Assembly (NCBI GenBank): GCA_951406725.2
Contig: OX597817.1
Location: 173,352,001 to 173,416,000, forward strand
DNA from: Octopus vulgaris
Taxonomy: Eukaryota
Direction: 5' to 3'
Length of the DNA stretch: 64,000 nt
Part shown: in pieces, positions 36,850 through 51,091 of the stretch
Position numbering within the stretch: position 1 is the first letter of the stretch
Layout: each line of letters begins with the position of its first letter
The notes under the pieces: generated by a model
Told to the model about the DNA's origin: nothing
The model's database searches: none
The model's input: the letters and a program-made list of their open reading frames with translations, nothing else
Translations under genes and position numbers: made by a program

Positions 36850-38700
36850 ACTATACTTACAGCACTCAGCAGTTCCTGACAAACTTAACAAACCTATTTT
36901 ACTTGGTGATTGATATTGAAATCACAACCACTTTGCAAGAATGACTTGAACTAGAAGCTGCACAGCAGTTAATAACCAAGTGATATTAGATCTCAGTTGA
37001 ACTTTTAGTAAAATGTTTTCACCTTCAGTAACAATGCTGTCCTCAACCATGCAGTCATGTAAGTAGGCTATTCAAATTCTTGTTCTACTACAAAGTGCCA
37101 TAATCTTAATTAAACTTTGCATCTGCATTATAACAAAGTCCTTTTATCACAGTATGTGATATCACTCCAAAGATATAGTTGCTCAGGTACTCCATTATAT
37201 AATTGAACAGAATGTTTTTATCATTGCAGGTATCAGTGCATTCACAAGATATTTTCCCATCAAATATGTTGATAATTCCTTATTTGTAGAATCAACATCA
37301 TCATTGGGAGATAATATTGCTCATACTGATATTTGAAAGATCCAATGGGCTTCCAAATCTTCATTTATCATTTCACATTCATCCAATACAATTTCAATGC
37401 CATTTGGAAGCACAATGTTGTCATCAATATCGAGTTGTTTCATTTATTTCAAACACAAAGTCGGCTCAATCATTCTCCTCTCAATTCAGTCATCTCACAG
37501 TCACAAGTTTCAGTGTCATCACTCTTCTGAAATGAAGAATGGGTTCTAATTATGTTCACAATAGCAGCTGAGCCAGTTTTCTATAAGTTAGGAAATGTCT
37601 GACGAAAATCCCTTAGAAACATGACACCATGATTTTGCCATGATCAAAAAATAAACTATTTTGTAAACGACCATGAAATGCACAATCAACAGCTTCATAC
37701 ACATACCTCAACATTTCTGATGCTTCATTCACACAGGTGAAATCAGTCTCGAATTATTTTTGCCAGTTTGTTGTGAACATCAATACTGCAAACAGAATCC
37801 CTGTCAATGGAAATTGGAATATGGAAAGTTGTATAACCACTTTGGTAGAACAATGCAGCCAGTTCCTTGTAGATTCAACAGCGACAACTAGAGGCCTCCT
37901 CACATGTTCAAGTGAAATATATCTTTCTGGAACTGCCAGAAACATCAATAAAGAAATGAATCTGGGTTGTTACTCTCTAAGAGATTAAGGTGTCAAAAGC
38001 ATGTCAGTGTTGTTGCTTTAATATTTCTTCCCAGCAGTTTGTTCCAATCCAATGCAGATTGTTGCCATCAATGTATGGAAGTGATTCAAGACATTCTGAT
38101 GCTTTGAGTGCAGATAACTCAGAGATGAGCAGAAAGGAAGTTCTATCAGGGAGTTTGCAAATCAGTGATAACTTTCTTCTCAAGCAGTTCAGTCATCATC
38201 ATCATCATCATCAACGGGATGCTAAAGTCAACGATCTTCTTGTGGCTTGGAAAGAATCTCAACTGATCTGAGATTTTACATGAAAGACACAATGAGGCCC
38301 ATCTTTAAAGCTGCTTCCTTGTAAGTTTATGGCATTCCTGTCCTCCAGTTTTCAGCAGATGATATCTTTTAGAATCTCATGAAGTAACAAAATATAGTCT
38401 TCCAATTGACAAACCACATTTTATATTTGTGCAAGAGTGTCTTCATTAGTATATAGTAAATGCTTTTGTACATGACCACTTTTACCTATTTATCTCATAT
38501 ATGAATTTTATTAAAGCAATAAAAGTATTATTTGTCATAGAATCTTTTAGAAAGAACATGAGAGTATATCATGACATTTGTACAAATGACCAGCCTTCCT
38601 CAGCTGTAGTCTTTATGTATTCACTCAACATACTAGAAATAGCAGCTGATTTCCCTCACTCACACCCTATTGTCTTACCCCTTTGTCTGCCCAAAGCATT
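36850..38700 (-). mobile_element. Highly decayed Helitron Rep/Pif1-helicase coding remnant
   Basis: Colinear degenerate Pif1 motifs on the minus strand: Walker A-like DVSGSSRK (~37930), LVVAVES (~37880), GDFRQTFP (~37590-37612), NDDVDSTN-like (~37290), IMQMQSL...ALCSRTRI matching IMLLRNL...GLCNGTRL (~37080-37130). The upper boundary is approximate. Confidence 0.7.
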
Positions 38701-39186
38701 TTCATAAGTTTGTCCTAAACGCCCATACTTGTTTTCAGACTTTTAGTTAACTTTTATTTCACACATTCCAAGAAATATAAAGCCTTCTTTTCCTAAGACC
38801 CAAGTTACTCTAGTGGTTTAAAAAAAAATTTAGGAACGAGTCTCATATACCAGGGAAATATGTCTTGTGTGTCACATGTGATAGGCAAGGCAGGCAAAGG
38901 ATTACAAAAGAAAATGAGGACTAATAAATGGTCCTAATACCATAAAAGCAATGGTCAAACTGGAATGCCTTTCATCGTCGTCATGTCTGTTCAAGCAAGA
39001 TAAACCTCAACTAAACAGTGCAAGTCAAATAAAAAAAATTTTAAAAAGTATTTGCCATTTGACTTCTTCAAAATATCCAGTTGTCCCACTTCATTGAGCA
39101 AGGATGGAAGGGATGAAATCCTGGTCACGATCAGAAAAGATTTCTCATGTTATTTTAGTAACAGATACAAAAATATAACCGCTTAC

Positions 39187-39293
39187 CAATGCTTCTTGGC
39201 TTTCTATTTCACCATCAGGAGCGAACATTGTTTGTACCATAAATTTGTGTTTATTTTTCTCTGAAGGATCATAATCAAATGGCTGCAGCATAA
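39187..39293 (-). CDS. VAP: VAP coding exon 3, MSP domain
   Basis: 107-nt exon, tttcag| and |gtaagc, phase-compatible with exon 2. Translates [36 protein letters not shown] (conserved MLQPFDYDP and KHKFMVQ). Confidence 0.97.
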
Positions 39294-39438
39294 CTGAAAT
39301 TTATTTTGAAAATTAAATTTGATTTTAAAACTAACTAACAACAAATAAACATAAAATACATATTATTAGTACTTAAATCTTCTAGACAAACAGTTTTACA
39401 TTAGATTATCAAATAAGTTACAATTGAAATAAATTTAC

Positions 39439-39591
39439 CTGCAACAGTCATTTGTTCTTTAGGTTTGATAAGGCCACTGTTGGGCCGTACACAGTAACGT
39501 TTTGGTGCAGTGGTTTTCACTTTGAAGCATACTGCACGGCATGTGGGATTGATTAATTTTAAATTTGCTGTCACAACGTCTGTAAAAGGAC
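39439..39591 (-). CDS. VAP: VAP (VAMP-associated protein) coding exon 2, MSP domain
   Basis: 153-nt exon, ttcag| and |gtaaat boundaries. Translates (G)[50 protein letters not shown], containing the VAP consensus [16 protein letters not shown]. Confidence 0.97.
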
Positions 39592-39699
39592 CTGAAAGAT
39601 AATGAAAGATAGGCTTAGTGAACGGTTTCGAAAACTGCTATTACTGAAAAACAAAGGATTATGATGTTATGAAAAACAAAGGAGTTACGTATTTAAAAT

Positions 39700-40490
39700 A
39701 TGAAGTATAGCATACTTGGCAAAAGGAGAAACTGAAAATGAAGGTTTGCACATGTTCTATCACATGAGGATGAGAGTCATGAAGTGCTCTGGACTGTAAA
39801 GCAGTGTATAAGTGAAAGAAGACATTGTTGGGAAGAAATGTATATGGAATGATAGTGGTGCACATACCACCCATCCCACTAACACTGAAAAGAAAGAGGT
39901 ATGGAAATGAATGGAGAGAAAGCATGAGAAATACAGGATCTAACCTACACAGATTGAACAGAAAGACCAGCCACTGAAGTTGAAAGGGCAGCTGAAGAAA
40001 TAAAAGCTGTCAAGTCAACCAAACCCTTAGCAACAGTAGCTGAAATGAAGTAGACCACACATTTGTCACTCGGTTAAACAACTGTTATACAAAATGACTG
40101 GCAGAGTGATATCATCAAGAGGAAAAGAGATGTTCCAAAGAGACAACGACAGAAGCATCAAACTGTTATGAAGATTACTGAAGGTATTCTAGTACAATTG
40201 ATAAAGAAGAACATAAATCTAGATGAGATGCACTTCAGGCTACTACCAATGCCTTCTTCCTCCTGAGACAACTACAGAAGTCCTTAAGAGTAAGCTGCTC
40301 CATCAAACGGAGAATGCCTTTCATAGAGTACCATGCACTCAGTGGAGATGAAGGGCTTGTGGGGACTGGGTAAGCCATGAAAAGAGATGCTGTTAGCAAA
40401 GTGAGACTTGGTAATGTGTTCAGCATGAAGGTAGGTATAAACCAGAGCTTAATTCGCAGCTCCCTCCTTTATATCACTGTTCTCCAAAGA
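39700..40490 (+). mobile_element. Old RTE LINE remnant
   Basis: Degenerate IKLL, NLDEMHF, AVSKVRLG, KVGINQ..SSLLYITVLQ motifs colinear with the RT at 4400-4900. Confidence 0.7.
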
Positions 40491-41129
40491 CATAGTTATC
40501 GTAACTGAATTTGTCTAAATTTATAGAAGAAATTCCAAACTTAGAAACAAAAATTAGAATTCAGAAACCTCAAAATAAACCTACTCTCGCCATCATAGAA
40601 ATGCCCAGACAGAAAAGGAGCAAGTTCCATACAACTAAAAGACAATCTGTCATTATTATTAAATATTTTCTCAAACAATCTATCACCTATTTTTTTCATT
40701 ATTTGCACAATTAACAAAGTTGTTGATTTCAAAAATGCTCATGTTTTTCTTTCTTTCTATCTCAATATTTAAATTTACCTCAGAATATGAAACTCTTAGT
40801 AATTTTAGAATAACTCAGTTATAAACCATCACTTTCATATCTACTTTACCTAAATGTACTTTTTGTCTGATCCATGTAAACATGGTAGAGTTTTCTGCAG
40901 CCAGTTGCCCTTCTGGTCACCAACCCCTGTCTGTTTGCAAGCAAGATAATAATAATCCAATCTACTGAACAAACAGCCTGGATATGTTAACAGAGAACTG
41001 GAAACAAACACATTATGAATGAGCCTTTTTATTTACAAAGACTGTGCAAGGCCTGTCAAGATGCCAGGATCTTGCAAGCAAATGGCATCAGACATTGTGA
41101 ACAACCAGTCTTCAAACAAGCCAAATACA

Positions 41130-41285
41130 AACACACACACGACAGGCTTCTTTCAGTTTCTGTCCACCAAATCCACTCACAAGGTTTTGGTTGGCCTAGA
41201 GTTATAGTAGGAAACACTTACTCAACTGGGGCTAAACCTAAAATCACGTGATTGAGAAGCTTCTTAACCACAGAGCTATGCCAGC
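41130..41285 (-). mobile_element. SINE family B head (degenerate)
   Basis: ggcttctttcagtttc..ccaccaaatccactcacaagg.tttggttggcc...cttcttaaccacagagctatgcc. Confidence 0.65.
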
Positions 41286-43384
41286 ACATAATAGCTATCA
41301 TAAAATATAATAAATTAGCTGTAACAGCTTATGTAAAAAGAGAGTGTTGCAGTCAAGTATTAAAAATGCAGCAATTTCCAGGATGTCAAAAAGAAATACA
41401 CAACAGTAGATTTGTGTAACAAATAGTTATAAGTTATTAATTGTAACTTCTATATTCACATTTGAATGAATTACAAATCAAAAGGGTTTTTTGCCCTTGT
41501 ATTTTGCAACAGATAAAAAAGAGCAAATTTTATAAAATATGATTCTCATCAAATGTTAAGACACTTTGGTCAAAAGAAACTGAAAATTTCAATATAGGCC
41601 ACTGGTTCACAGATAATACAACTTGGCATACTACTATGCCAAAAGATGTAGCTAAATGAAATTATATTTTTATGAAAAAAAAAAAACCGAAAAATACAGA
41701 TTAAAATTTGAAAGTATAATATGAAATACAGCTATGTTGCAACCCAGGGAAGGTGAGGGATGGCTTTGCACCTAATTCATTTAGTCAAATGACTGTCTTC
41801 TTTCCTAAGGTATTTTTCAATTTCCTATACAACAGTGCCAACATATTTTAATTTGCTCTTACGTGCAACTCCAGTGATAAAAGTTGAGAAACCACTAATA
41901 TAGGTTGTGCCTACAGGGAACTTCCTATTTGCATTAAAGTAGCAAAATAAGAAAAAAATAAAATAAGGGATATCAGCATCATGTACACTCAAGCAATGAT
42001 ACACATGAAATATTAACATTCAAAAACATTCACAACACACACACACACACTACCAGCAGTTTCCATCAAGCAAATTCCCTAATTACACTGGTCAATTCAG
42101 GTTCTAATAGAAGACACTAGAGACAGTTCAAATCTAATACCATCATTTTCGTTAACATATTAACCTAGTGTTGTTGAAAATAAGACATTTAAGCACTGCT
42201 TTATATACAGGGCCATATGGAAGTGAAAGTATTCGCTTTATTAAAAGTGGATTCCAAGACACAAACATTGACATTTTCTTCCTACAAAACAAAACTATTA
42301 AAGAATGAACAGTGAACAGCAGATTTCTGACTAGAAATTAATTAAGTGTGACAATAACACCAAATATCTTAATTAAATTCTTAATAAACATAAGCAAAGC
42401 ACAGCTATTCAGGAGTAGTGAGTATTAATGCAAGAAAATTATAATGATTAAAAACAAATACATAAACAGATTTTCTGCCAAATTATGGAATATGACTATC
42501 TTGGTTGTGGAGGAGAGTGAGGAGTCTAAGAGCTGCATCATAAGGGTGGATATATATGGAGGTGTACCAAGATAGTTTGTCGCAAAACACTTTTTTTACT
42601 ATAAAGAAAACTGTTTCTTGTGCAAATCATCAAGCTCAAGTATAATTAATTGGGTGTATACTTGGTGAGCATTAAAATAACACATCAAAAAACAATTTCA
42701 TGTTTTTGACCTGGAAAACACCTATTTTTTGACAAAGTAAATATTTTTACAGGGACTTGGAATTGAGGCAGGGCTTGCATTTCTAACTTACACTTTTTCT
42801 AATTATAAAAAAAAAGTGAAACTCATTACAAATAACATATATAAAACTAAGACTATTTGAAATTTTTCAGAAAAGGAAACACTACATGTCTACAACTCAC
42901 TCTGCTTTCATGTGTGTGTGTGTGTGTGTTCTATTCTTTTTACTCAGTTCAGTCATTTGACTGTGGCCATGCTGAAGCACCACCTTAAGTCGAACAAACT
43001 GACCCCAGGACTTATTTGTAAACCTAGTACTTATTTTATCAGTCTTTTTTTATGAACTTCTAAGTCACGGGTACATAAACACACCAACATGAAAAGTACA
43101 ACTTAAGATTTAAAAATATAATATGAAATACAACAATGTTGCAACTCAGAAAAGGGGAGGGGGGTTGCAGCTAATTCATTTACAGTCACATGAATAAACG
43201 TCTTCTTTTCTAGGATATTTTTTTCCACTTTTTATACAACAGTGCCAACATATTTTGATTTGCTCTTAAGTGTAACTCCTATCATAAAAGTTTAGAAACC
43301 ACTTAATATAGGCTGAGCCTACAAGGAACTTCCTATTTGCATTGAAGTTGCAATGCAAAGGGGAGGACAAACAGACACAAAGAT

Positions 43385-43552
43385 GCACACACAACAGGCT
43401 TCTTTCAGTTTCCATCTACTAAATCCACTGACAAGGCTTTGGTTGGCCGGAGGCTAAAGTAGAAGACACTTGCTCAAGGTGCCACGAAGTGGGACTTCAA
43501 CTGGAAACCATGTGGTTGGGAAGCCAGCTTCTTACCACACAGCCACACCTGC
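43385..43552 (-). mobile_element. SINE family B head
   Basis: ggcttctttcagtttccatctactaaatccactgacaaggctttggttggcc...ccatgtggttgggaagccagcttcttaccacacagccacacctgc. Confidence 0.75.
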
Positions 43553-43689
43553 ACACACACACACACATATATATATATACATATACATATATTATACACA
43601 TATGCATATAGACATAAATACACACTTATAAACATAAATACAAACACACATACATACATATGTAGGGATAGACATACTTCAAGATGCGT

Positions 43690-44640
43690 GTCACACTGCT
43701 AAACCAGGAATCTTTGTCTCTCATTAGCTTTGAAAGATTTTCAGTTTTATGTCATGTATCTACCAATAACATCAAATTAGTTGAATGATATTAGGGTGCA
43801 AAATCTCCAAAATAGGGCCCTGTTGTTCAGCAAGATAGCAATGGCCAGCAAAGCTTACTTTGCACTGGGCAAGAATGATAGGAATGAGTGGAATGTGCCC
43901 ACGAATCTCCTCTGTTTTGTGTTCATGCTACAAGAGGTTTTGAGCCCTATCAGAAGCCCAGTGTATGTACCATTAAAATGAACTTGATGCTTCATCATAA
44001 TCCAGGAGTCAGCTCCATAAAGAATGCTCTCTAAACATGCTCTGAAGAGGGCAAGTCTCACTGAGTTGAAAATACTTGACAGAAACATGTGAAATTTGTT
44101 ACAAGCACTCTAGAATAGACTTTGGTATATAATGAAGCCTTCCTTACAGTCAAAATCAGAGGATCCCAGATTCTTAACATCACTGCCATATCTGAATTGT
44201 GTACCATGTTGGAACAAATTGGAAAATGATTTTCACTGATGGTCATGTCTAGTTTTCTTGGCACTGAGAAACAAACAAGCTTTCGCAGCAACATACTCAT
44301 GCATCACATAGTTGAGGAGTTGTGAGGGAAAGACCATTAGCATAGTCAAGCATTTTTGGACTTCTCCAAGGTATTTGATGTCAACAGAAAGGTGATGCTA
44401 CAAACCATGTTAAACTAAAGTATCTCTTGGAGATTGTCAAAGCATCACCATCATCTAATAAAAAACCCATCAAGCATTGCACAAAGCACAGACTGTCCAA
44501 TTAAAGAGTTTCAAACAAAAGCAGGAATCTTTCAGGAACACCTTTTCTCTTTATAGTGGTAGTGGACTACATCTTTAGGCAAAGTCATTACCCCAGCCAA
44601 GACAAAAGCAATCAAGAAGTCAGTAGAGTGTGTATTTCTC
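43690..44640. mobile_element. Old RTE/RTE-X LINE remnant with internal inversion
   Basis: Minus strand ~43690-44135 encodes LALFRACLESILYGADSW; plus strand ~44140-44640 encodes EKQTSFR, AFLDFSKVFD and LFIVVVDY. Confidence 0.6.
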
Positions 44641-45401
44641 TGATCTTCATTATATGGCTTTAACAGTCACTTTTTCATGCTTACACAGGTGAGATGAAAT
44701 TCATTTAAGTAGAATTTCTGCCCTTCCTGTCACCAACCCTCATCTGTTTCCAAGCAAGATAACATTTCCCAATGGCCCAACAGGTTTTCATAGAAGACTA
44801 GAAATGAAAATAATGCTTGTGTGAAAATGACACTTGTTTACAACTATCATGCAATGTCAAGACAAGATGATGCGTGTCCATGCACACACTTCCTCAAAAT
44901 GCTACACAATGCAGCTGAACCCAATTTTTTTATCATATGGTTCAGTGGCTCTCTTTATCAAAGGAAGCCATGAATTTAACTCCTTTTAGGGATGATCATT
45001 TTCAAGGGATTTTGTTAGTGATATTCACATATGAACCAAAGTAGCTAAATTCTGGGCAGTAAACTCCAAAGATTTTTTCTATGGTATAACATATGAAACG
45101 AAATAACTTTCAGCAGGAGTGAATCACTGTCATTTTGGTGACACGTGCTCACCCATGATTTAATAAAATAATAGTTGGGAAAACCTTCAATTAAATAGAG
45201 AAGCTTTTTAGTGTTTTAACTTCAAAACAATATAAAACTTTCCCTCATCTTTAATTCTATTTGGATCCAATCCAAAGTATTGTCAATAAAAATTAAATTA
45301 TTCTTACTATACAAGTCTATATCAAATAATGGGCATCAATTTATTAATTACCAATTTCAGGTTACTTCTCTTAAAATACTGTCATTCTTGATAGCATGAA
45401 T

Positions 45402-45437
<36 letters not shown>

Positions 45438-45592
45438 ATGCATGCGTATGCGTGCACGTGTGCAGTTTCAGGCATAGCTGTGTGGTTAAGAAGTTATTTC
45501 TGATAGGTTTTGAGTTCAGCCCTCATGGCATCACAGGCAAGTGTCATTTACTATAGCCCCAGGCCGATATGATCAATAGAAACTGAAAGAAG

Positions 45593-45595
<3 letters not shown>

Positions 45596-45652
<57 letters not shown>
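45596..45652. repeat. (TG)n microsatellite
   Basis: Perfect dinucleotide run at the end of a SINE head. Confidence 0.95.
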
Positions 45653-48600
45653 ACATCTAGATATATGTATTGTTTATATATGGCCAAAGGCATATGCTTA
45701 CTTAATACTCATGCTTCACAAACCAATGAGATGGAAGGATCTCTTACTAGAGTGGATCAAAGCAAAAACAATTACTGTTGATTCAGGGAGTAAAGCAACT
45801 TGAGAAAGATGGTCCTAATATCAACCCTGATAGCAAGATAAAGCTTGTAGAATTTAAAACCAGCAAGGTTTGGCAAAGCTGCCAATTCAGACAAAGTCAG
45901 TGCTGAGTTTTAGGAGACTGTGAAAGATAATTTCTTATTCTTAGATGTCTTCAATTATCCTTCTGTGTGTGTGCGTATGTATGTAAGCATACACACACAC
46001 CTATATATATATTTACATACATATACGTACTCATACACATGTGTATACTCTCACAGACAATATTTATGGATTGGTTTATCTATCTCTCTGGTGTCTTATT
46101 TTCTGTAGTAAAAAAAAAATGCTTAAGAGGACCTTACATCACACAGGAGAGGAACCAGATTATTTGCACTTTAAGGATAAGCTGATGCTGCAGGGGATAG
46201 GAGGAGAAACCATTCTTGATGTATAATTCTGCGATGCCCACATCAATAAGAACAGGCTTGGCATTTGGGCTTTCTACTCAAAGGTTTGGATTGCCAGGAA
46301 TTTATTTACTGCAATTATTCATTTACATTTACAGTAAACAATTTTTTTACAGTGTTTACCTCCATTTCAAAAGAATACCTTTAATAAAAATCTTTGAAAG
46401 AGAAGCGTTTTTTTGGTATGAACTGCTCCAGCACACTGTCTTAATTTCATGATTTTCTGTCTCCCAATAACACTTATTTGCCACAGGCCATGAATTGGCA
46501 AGCAAGCAAAATTTTTTTTTAAGTTACACAAGCATCTATTAAGGACTTGTTTTAAAGTGTGGAGAGAGGATGTCTGTTGTAACACCAATACAGAAATTAG
46601 GGTTGTCATGAATTTAATCAAATCATTAATTTTATTTAAAAGTTAATTATTTGTTTTACATATTTATGCTATTTTTCATGTACTAACATTAGCATTCATC
46701 AACATTTTACATGTACTTTTCCAATTTGGCCTGGGTTGGAGTTTTTCTGCAGTGGTGCTTTACAACCAGTTGCTTTTCTATCACCAACAGTTTTAGTTGC
46801 CTCTTGTAACATGTAGGGACATGCAGCACCTATTCTAAAACCAGCATACAAATAGTAATAAAAGTTCACTTTAATATTCAATGACATTTACATCTTCCTG
46901 GAAGAGAAAGAGATTTTAGAAATGATCTAAGGATTTTACGATTACTAATTTTTTACTTTACTTATTATCTTACTTGTACCTATCACATGATGAGTAATTT
47001 CAAAAGTACACTTTTATCACCACAGGTAATATCAGGAAATATGGTATAAATACAACTGTAATTTATCAAATTTCTTGGTATTTGTATAATGAAATACAAA
47101 TTTTCAAAAGAAAAATATTACCTAAAAATTACATAAAACAATCTTTCATTTATATTGTCCTTTGCTCCTTCTCTTCCTACCTCTGAGTTTTTCTTTCCCT
47201 GTTCATGTATGTGCATAGCAGTCATTTACACATTGCCTATCACCAAGGCTGTATAAGCCTCATCCAGTACCTCATGCTATCTCTTACTCTTTCTCCCTCT
47301 CTCCCTATACAATGTAAAGCATGACAAGAGGAACCAATCAACAAACCAACATTTATATCAGCTTCTGTTATACAAAGATTGCAAAAGGCTATGCAGGGCT
47401 GTGGACTCAGTACACAAATACTTCAACTCCTACTCTTCAACTCAGGGTACCACCAATTCCTCTATTTGCATTTAGCTCATATTTTTGTATTGATTAAGAA
47501 CAAACATGTGGACAGTGTGGAATCATCAGGCAACTTTATAGAACTCTAACCTATTAAAGTTTGGGTTTAAAGGTTATTGCCCTGCAGCTGTGGTTTTATT
47601 TATTAAAGTTAGAATTAAGCAAAAGACAACACCTACAAAATTAAAAGTAAGAGTGTTTTATCAAAAGGCTACATTGTAAAACGATATGAAAAACTATAGA
47701 ATATTAAAAGAAATCAGAAATATTTGTTTAGCAGTTGAAAAATGAATATCAAAAGCAACTTAACCATTTTAAAATAAATAAACTCAGGTACATAACGTTT
47801 TGCTTTTGATTAATACATTGTCTGAATATAAAATTAAAGTATATGTAATATGAAAGATTATATTAAATGAAATAAAAATTATATTGTAAAAGTGTAAAAT
47901 TTATCCCTTCAAAATATATTAAATTGAAAATTTACTACATTATATTACATTTTGCCAACTGCAATTGTTGGCAGAGAAATGTAGAAGGTAGCTGGAGTAT
48001 GTAACATTGTAATTAAGTTTAAGTTACTTTGGGGCAACATCATGGCAACAGTTGTCTATATATGCACAACATTCAAGATTCTTTCCAATAATTGATAGCA
48101 ACTTTATCATAACTGGTACTAATGAACTTGTTTGTTAACACCATGATGGTTACTCTGGCATACACAGGCACTATATATATGTTATGAGGAATTAGGAGAG
48201 ATGAAAGCTCTTTGAGTTTATAACCTAATCATTTTCAGCACTAAATTCAGGAAAGTTGTGAGCAACATCACCTACCAATCAGACATGTACACCAAAGAGA
48301 CTTCATTTTCATCAGGAAATAAGGTAGGCAACTGGTGGCAAATAAGTCCTTTTCCAGTAAGGAATATACCATTAGTGATAAAGAACTAGAGAGAGAGTTT
48401 CAAGACAATCTGAAGATGGCAGCTATAAATAATGAAAGATATCACTGCCAGAAGTAAGTTCAGAGGAAGTTTTAGGTGACACCTGGCCAAGAAGAAAGCA
48501 TAGATAGAGATCTATGACACAGCAGGCTATTGGATATTTCTATGAGACAACCTGACTAAACCTGTGGTTGATGCAAGGCACCAACTACACAGAAAATGAG

Positions 48601-50289
48601 ATGGTAGTGGAATGGTACACCTGATAGGGCAAGGAGACAGACCTAGAAAGATTGGATGAAAAGAGGGGAGCAGAGCACAAAACCTAGAATAGAGCCAGAC
48701 TCATCAGAGGGACTTGGCTATTGAAGCTGGGAGCTATATTGTAGAAAGTACAATTAAGGTTATGAAAGCAAGGATGACCAAAGGACCATCAGATATGCCA
48801 TATATCATCATCGTTTATGTTAATATATGTTAATATATTTTGACCAACCTCCTTTCCCCAAAACTAGAAGTCATCTTAATCGCTAAATATAAAATTTGAA
48901 TATTAACATCCTTGGTCTCATGGAGCAAGATTGTGGCTTTCAAATAATACATGCTAATAATATAATTCAAGGCTTTAAAAATCCAATCTAAAGGATGAGC
49001 AGCTTGAAAAGCAAGTTGTTCTAATTTTGTTACATGCAATATGGTTTTAAAAAAAAAAAAAGGTAAGCAATAAATTGCTGTATTTTCTTCTGAATTCTAA
49101 CTTCTGTTACCTAAGCGATCTAAGAAGCAGCATAGTAGCCTGAGTAAGGGCAGCAGGGGGAGTTTAGGGAGCTATCATCACAGCAGAGGAAAAGGGATTC
49201 TCTGAGTGAATAAAGAGTAGATTGTATAATGCTTATAGGAAGTGTAATATGGGATGGTAGTCAAACAAGGACATCGAATGCTGAGGATATGCAAAGAATG
49301 GAAAGAAATAGGCAAGCAAGCACCACATATTTGTAGACTCTTATGATTATGTATGTTATATACAAAAGTGTATTGTATGTTCTATCAAGTTTCAGTAGAT
49401 CTACATATCACATGTATAACAAAAATTCATACTTGCATGTTTGTAGAGAACTCTATCTAGGTTTATGTACATTAACTACAATGAATTTTTCTGGTTTGTG
49501 TGCATTTGCAAAATTGCAGTGTATGGATTTGCATCTCAGTCACACATGTGCTACCATACATTATATGTACATACACTTACTTGTATGTTGTCCATGCATA
49601 TTTTACCTGTATATGTATGCATGTGCATTTTCATACATGTGTGTATATATGTTTATTGAAATGTTTCATTTATTTGTCTGTGATATATCATTATATGTAT
49701 TTTTTAAGCATACACACAAGTGTATACTTGTGTGTATATGTCTACAATATATGTGTGGTTTTATACACTCAAATTATGTCTTTAGAGTATGTAATATATA
49801 CAGTTTGCATGTCAAGTTTGTTTAAATGTATAACAGTCACAAATACGAGTTTGTGCAATAAGAGAGGGAGAACATGCACCATACATGCAATAAATTACAT
49901 ACTTTATCGTTTCTTTCTTGCATCTTTCATTCAGCTTCTCATGTGTATGTGTATACGTGAACGAGTATGATTCTATTATATCTACATGAATATATTTTTG
50001 TGTGTGCATAGGTGTGCATATTTATGCTTATGTATAGAGTGACTTGTGACTATAAGAATGATTTTTAAAAAAGTTCTAAGTTGTTATTCTCGTAAGCATA
50101 TTGTCAAAATTTATGACATTCCAACATATTTTCAACAGAAATCTCTAGACTCATTAAATTTTCAGCCATATAATGAGATAATTTGTGATTTATAAGTTAG
50201 TTTCGTAAGTGCCTTACACAAAACTGTAGACTCTTCACTTAATTATGTAGATTTAGAGCTATTGCATAAAGACACACCACACACAGAGT

Positions 50290-50945
50290 GTGTACAGTGT
50301 AAACAGCATGAATTATAGGTACACAAGAGATGTACTGAGAACACGGTCAGCTGATGATGAATAAAGACTTAGTAATCAACAGATGCACATTAGTTAGTAG
50401 ACAGAGCGCTAGTCAAATAACATTTCCAAAGCTTGTGAGGCTCTATTAAAAGTAACTGAGAACCTGTTACCTTTGCAACCAAATCAGCAGTAAAAAACGA
50501 TGCTCTGAAAGCTTAGTAGTTAAAATAAGTACCGAGTGGAAAAAGCTGAGAGAGCTATCACCACTACTGGCAACAAGTGACTAAAGATTGTTCTGTTGCT
50601 TTTAAATTAAGTGTGATGCTGCATAGTAGTGAGATGTATGCATCAGCTGTGCAAAAGTTGGAGAGAAATAAAGTAAGCATGCCTCTCTGGATGTGTAATA
50701 TTAAGGTGCATGAACAACACGGTACAGGTAAGCTGAGAAATAGAGTGAATATAAATGAAATCAATTTTAGAGTGCTAGCAATACATTGCTAAACACATGG
50801 AATGCATACGGATGGTAATAAATGATTAAACAAAAAAGACATCATTATGTCCAGTGAAAGGAGATTGCAGAGGTGGAAGATTGAAGAAGATGCAGGTAGT
50901 GGGAAAAGATGGTCTTGAAGATGATAAAGGATCATAACACATGTC
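50290..50945 (+). mobile_element. Old RTE LINE 3' remnant
   Basis: KLRELSPLLAT, MLHSSEM...ERNKVSMPLWMCNI and GSGKRWS similar to the C-terminus of the RTE ORF. Confidence 0.7.
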
Positions 50946-51091
50946 AGAAAGAACCCAACCAACTGCTTCAAGCAACAAAAAGCTGATATAAAATTGATTA
51001 CAAAGAAACATCATACTTAAAACATATTCTATGTGCAAGGGGAATAAGATGTATTACTTCACACAGTGCTGATGTAATAAATTGTTGGTTA

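Noticed and set aside
49343-50009. 160-aa and 156-aa Cys/Tyr/Val/Met-rich ORFs
   Set aside because: Translations of decayed (TG/TA)n microsatellite sequence.
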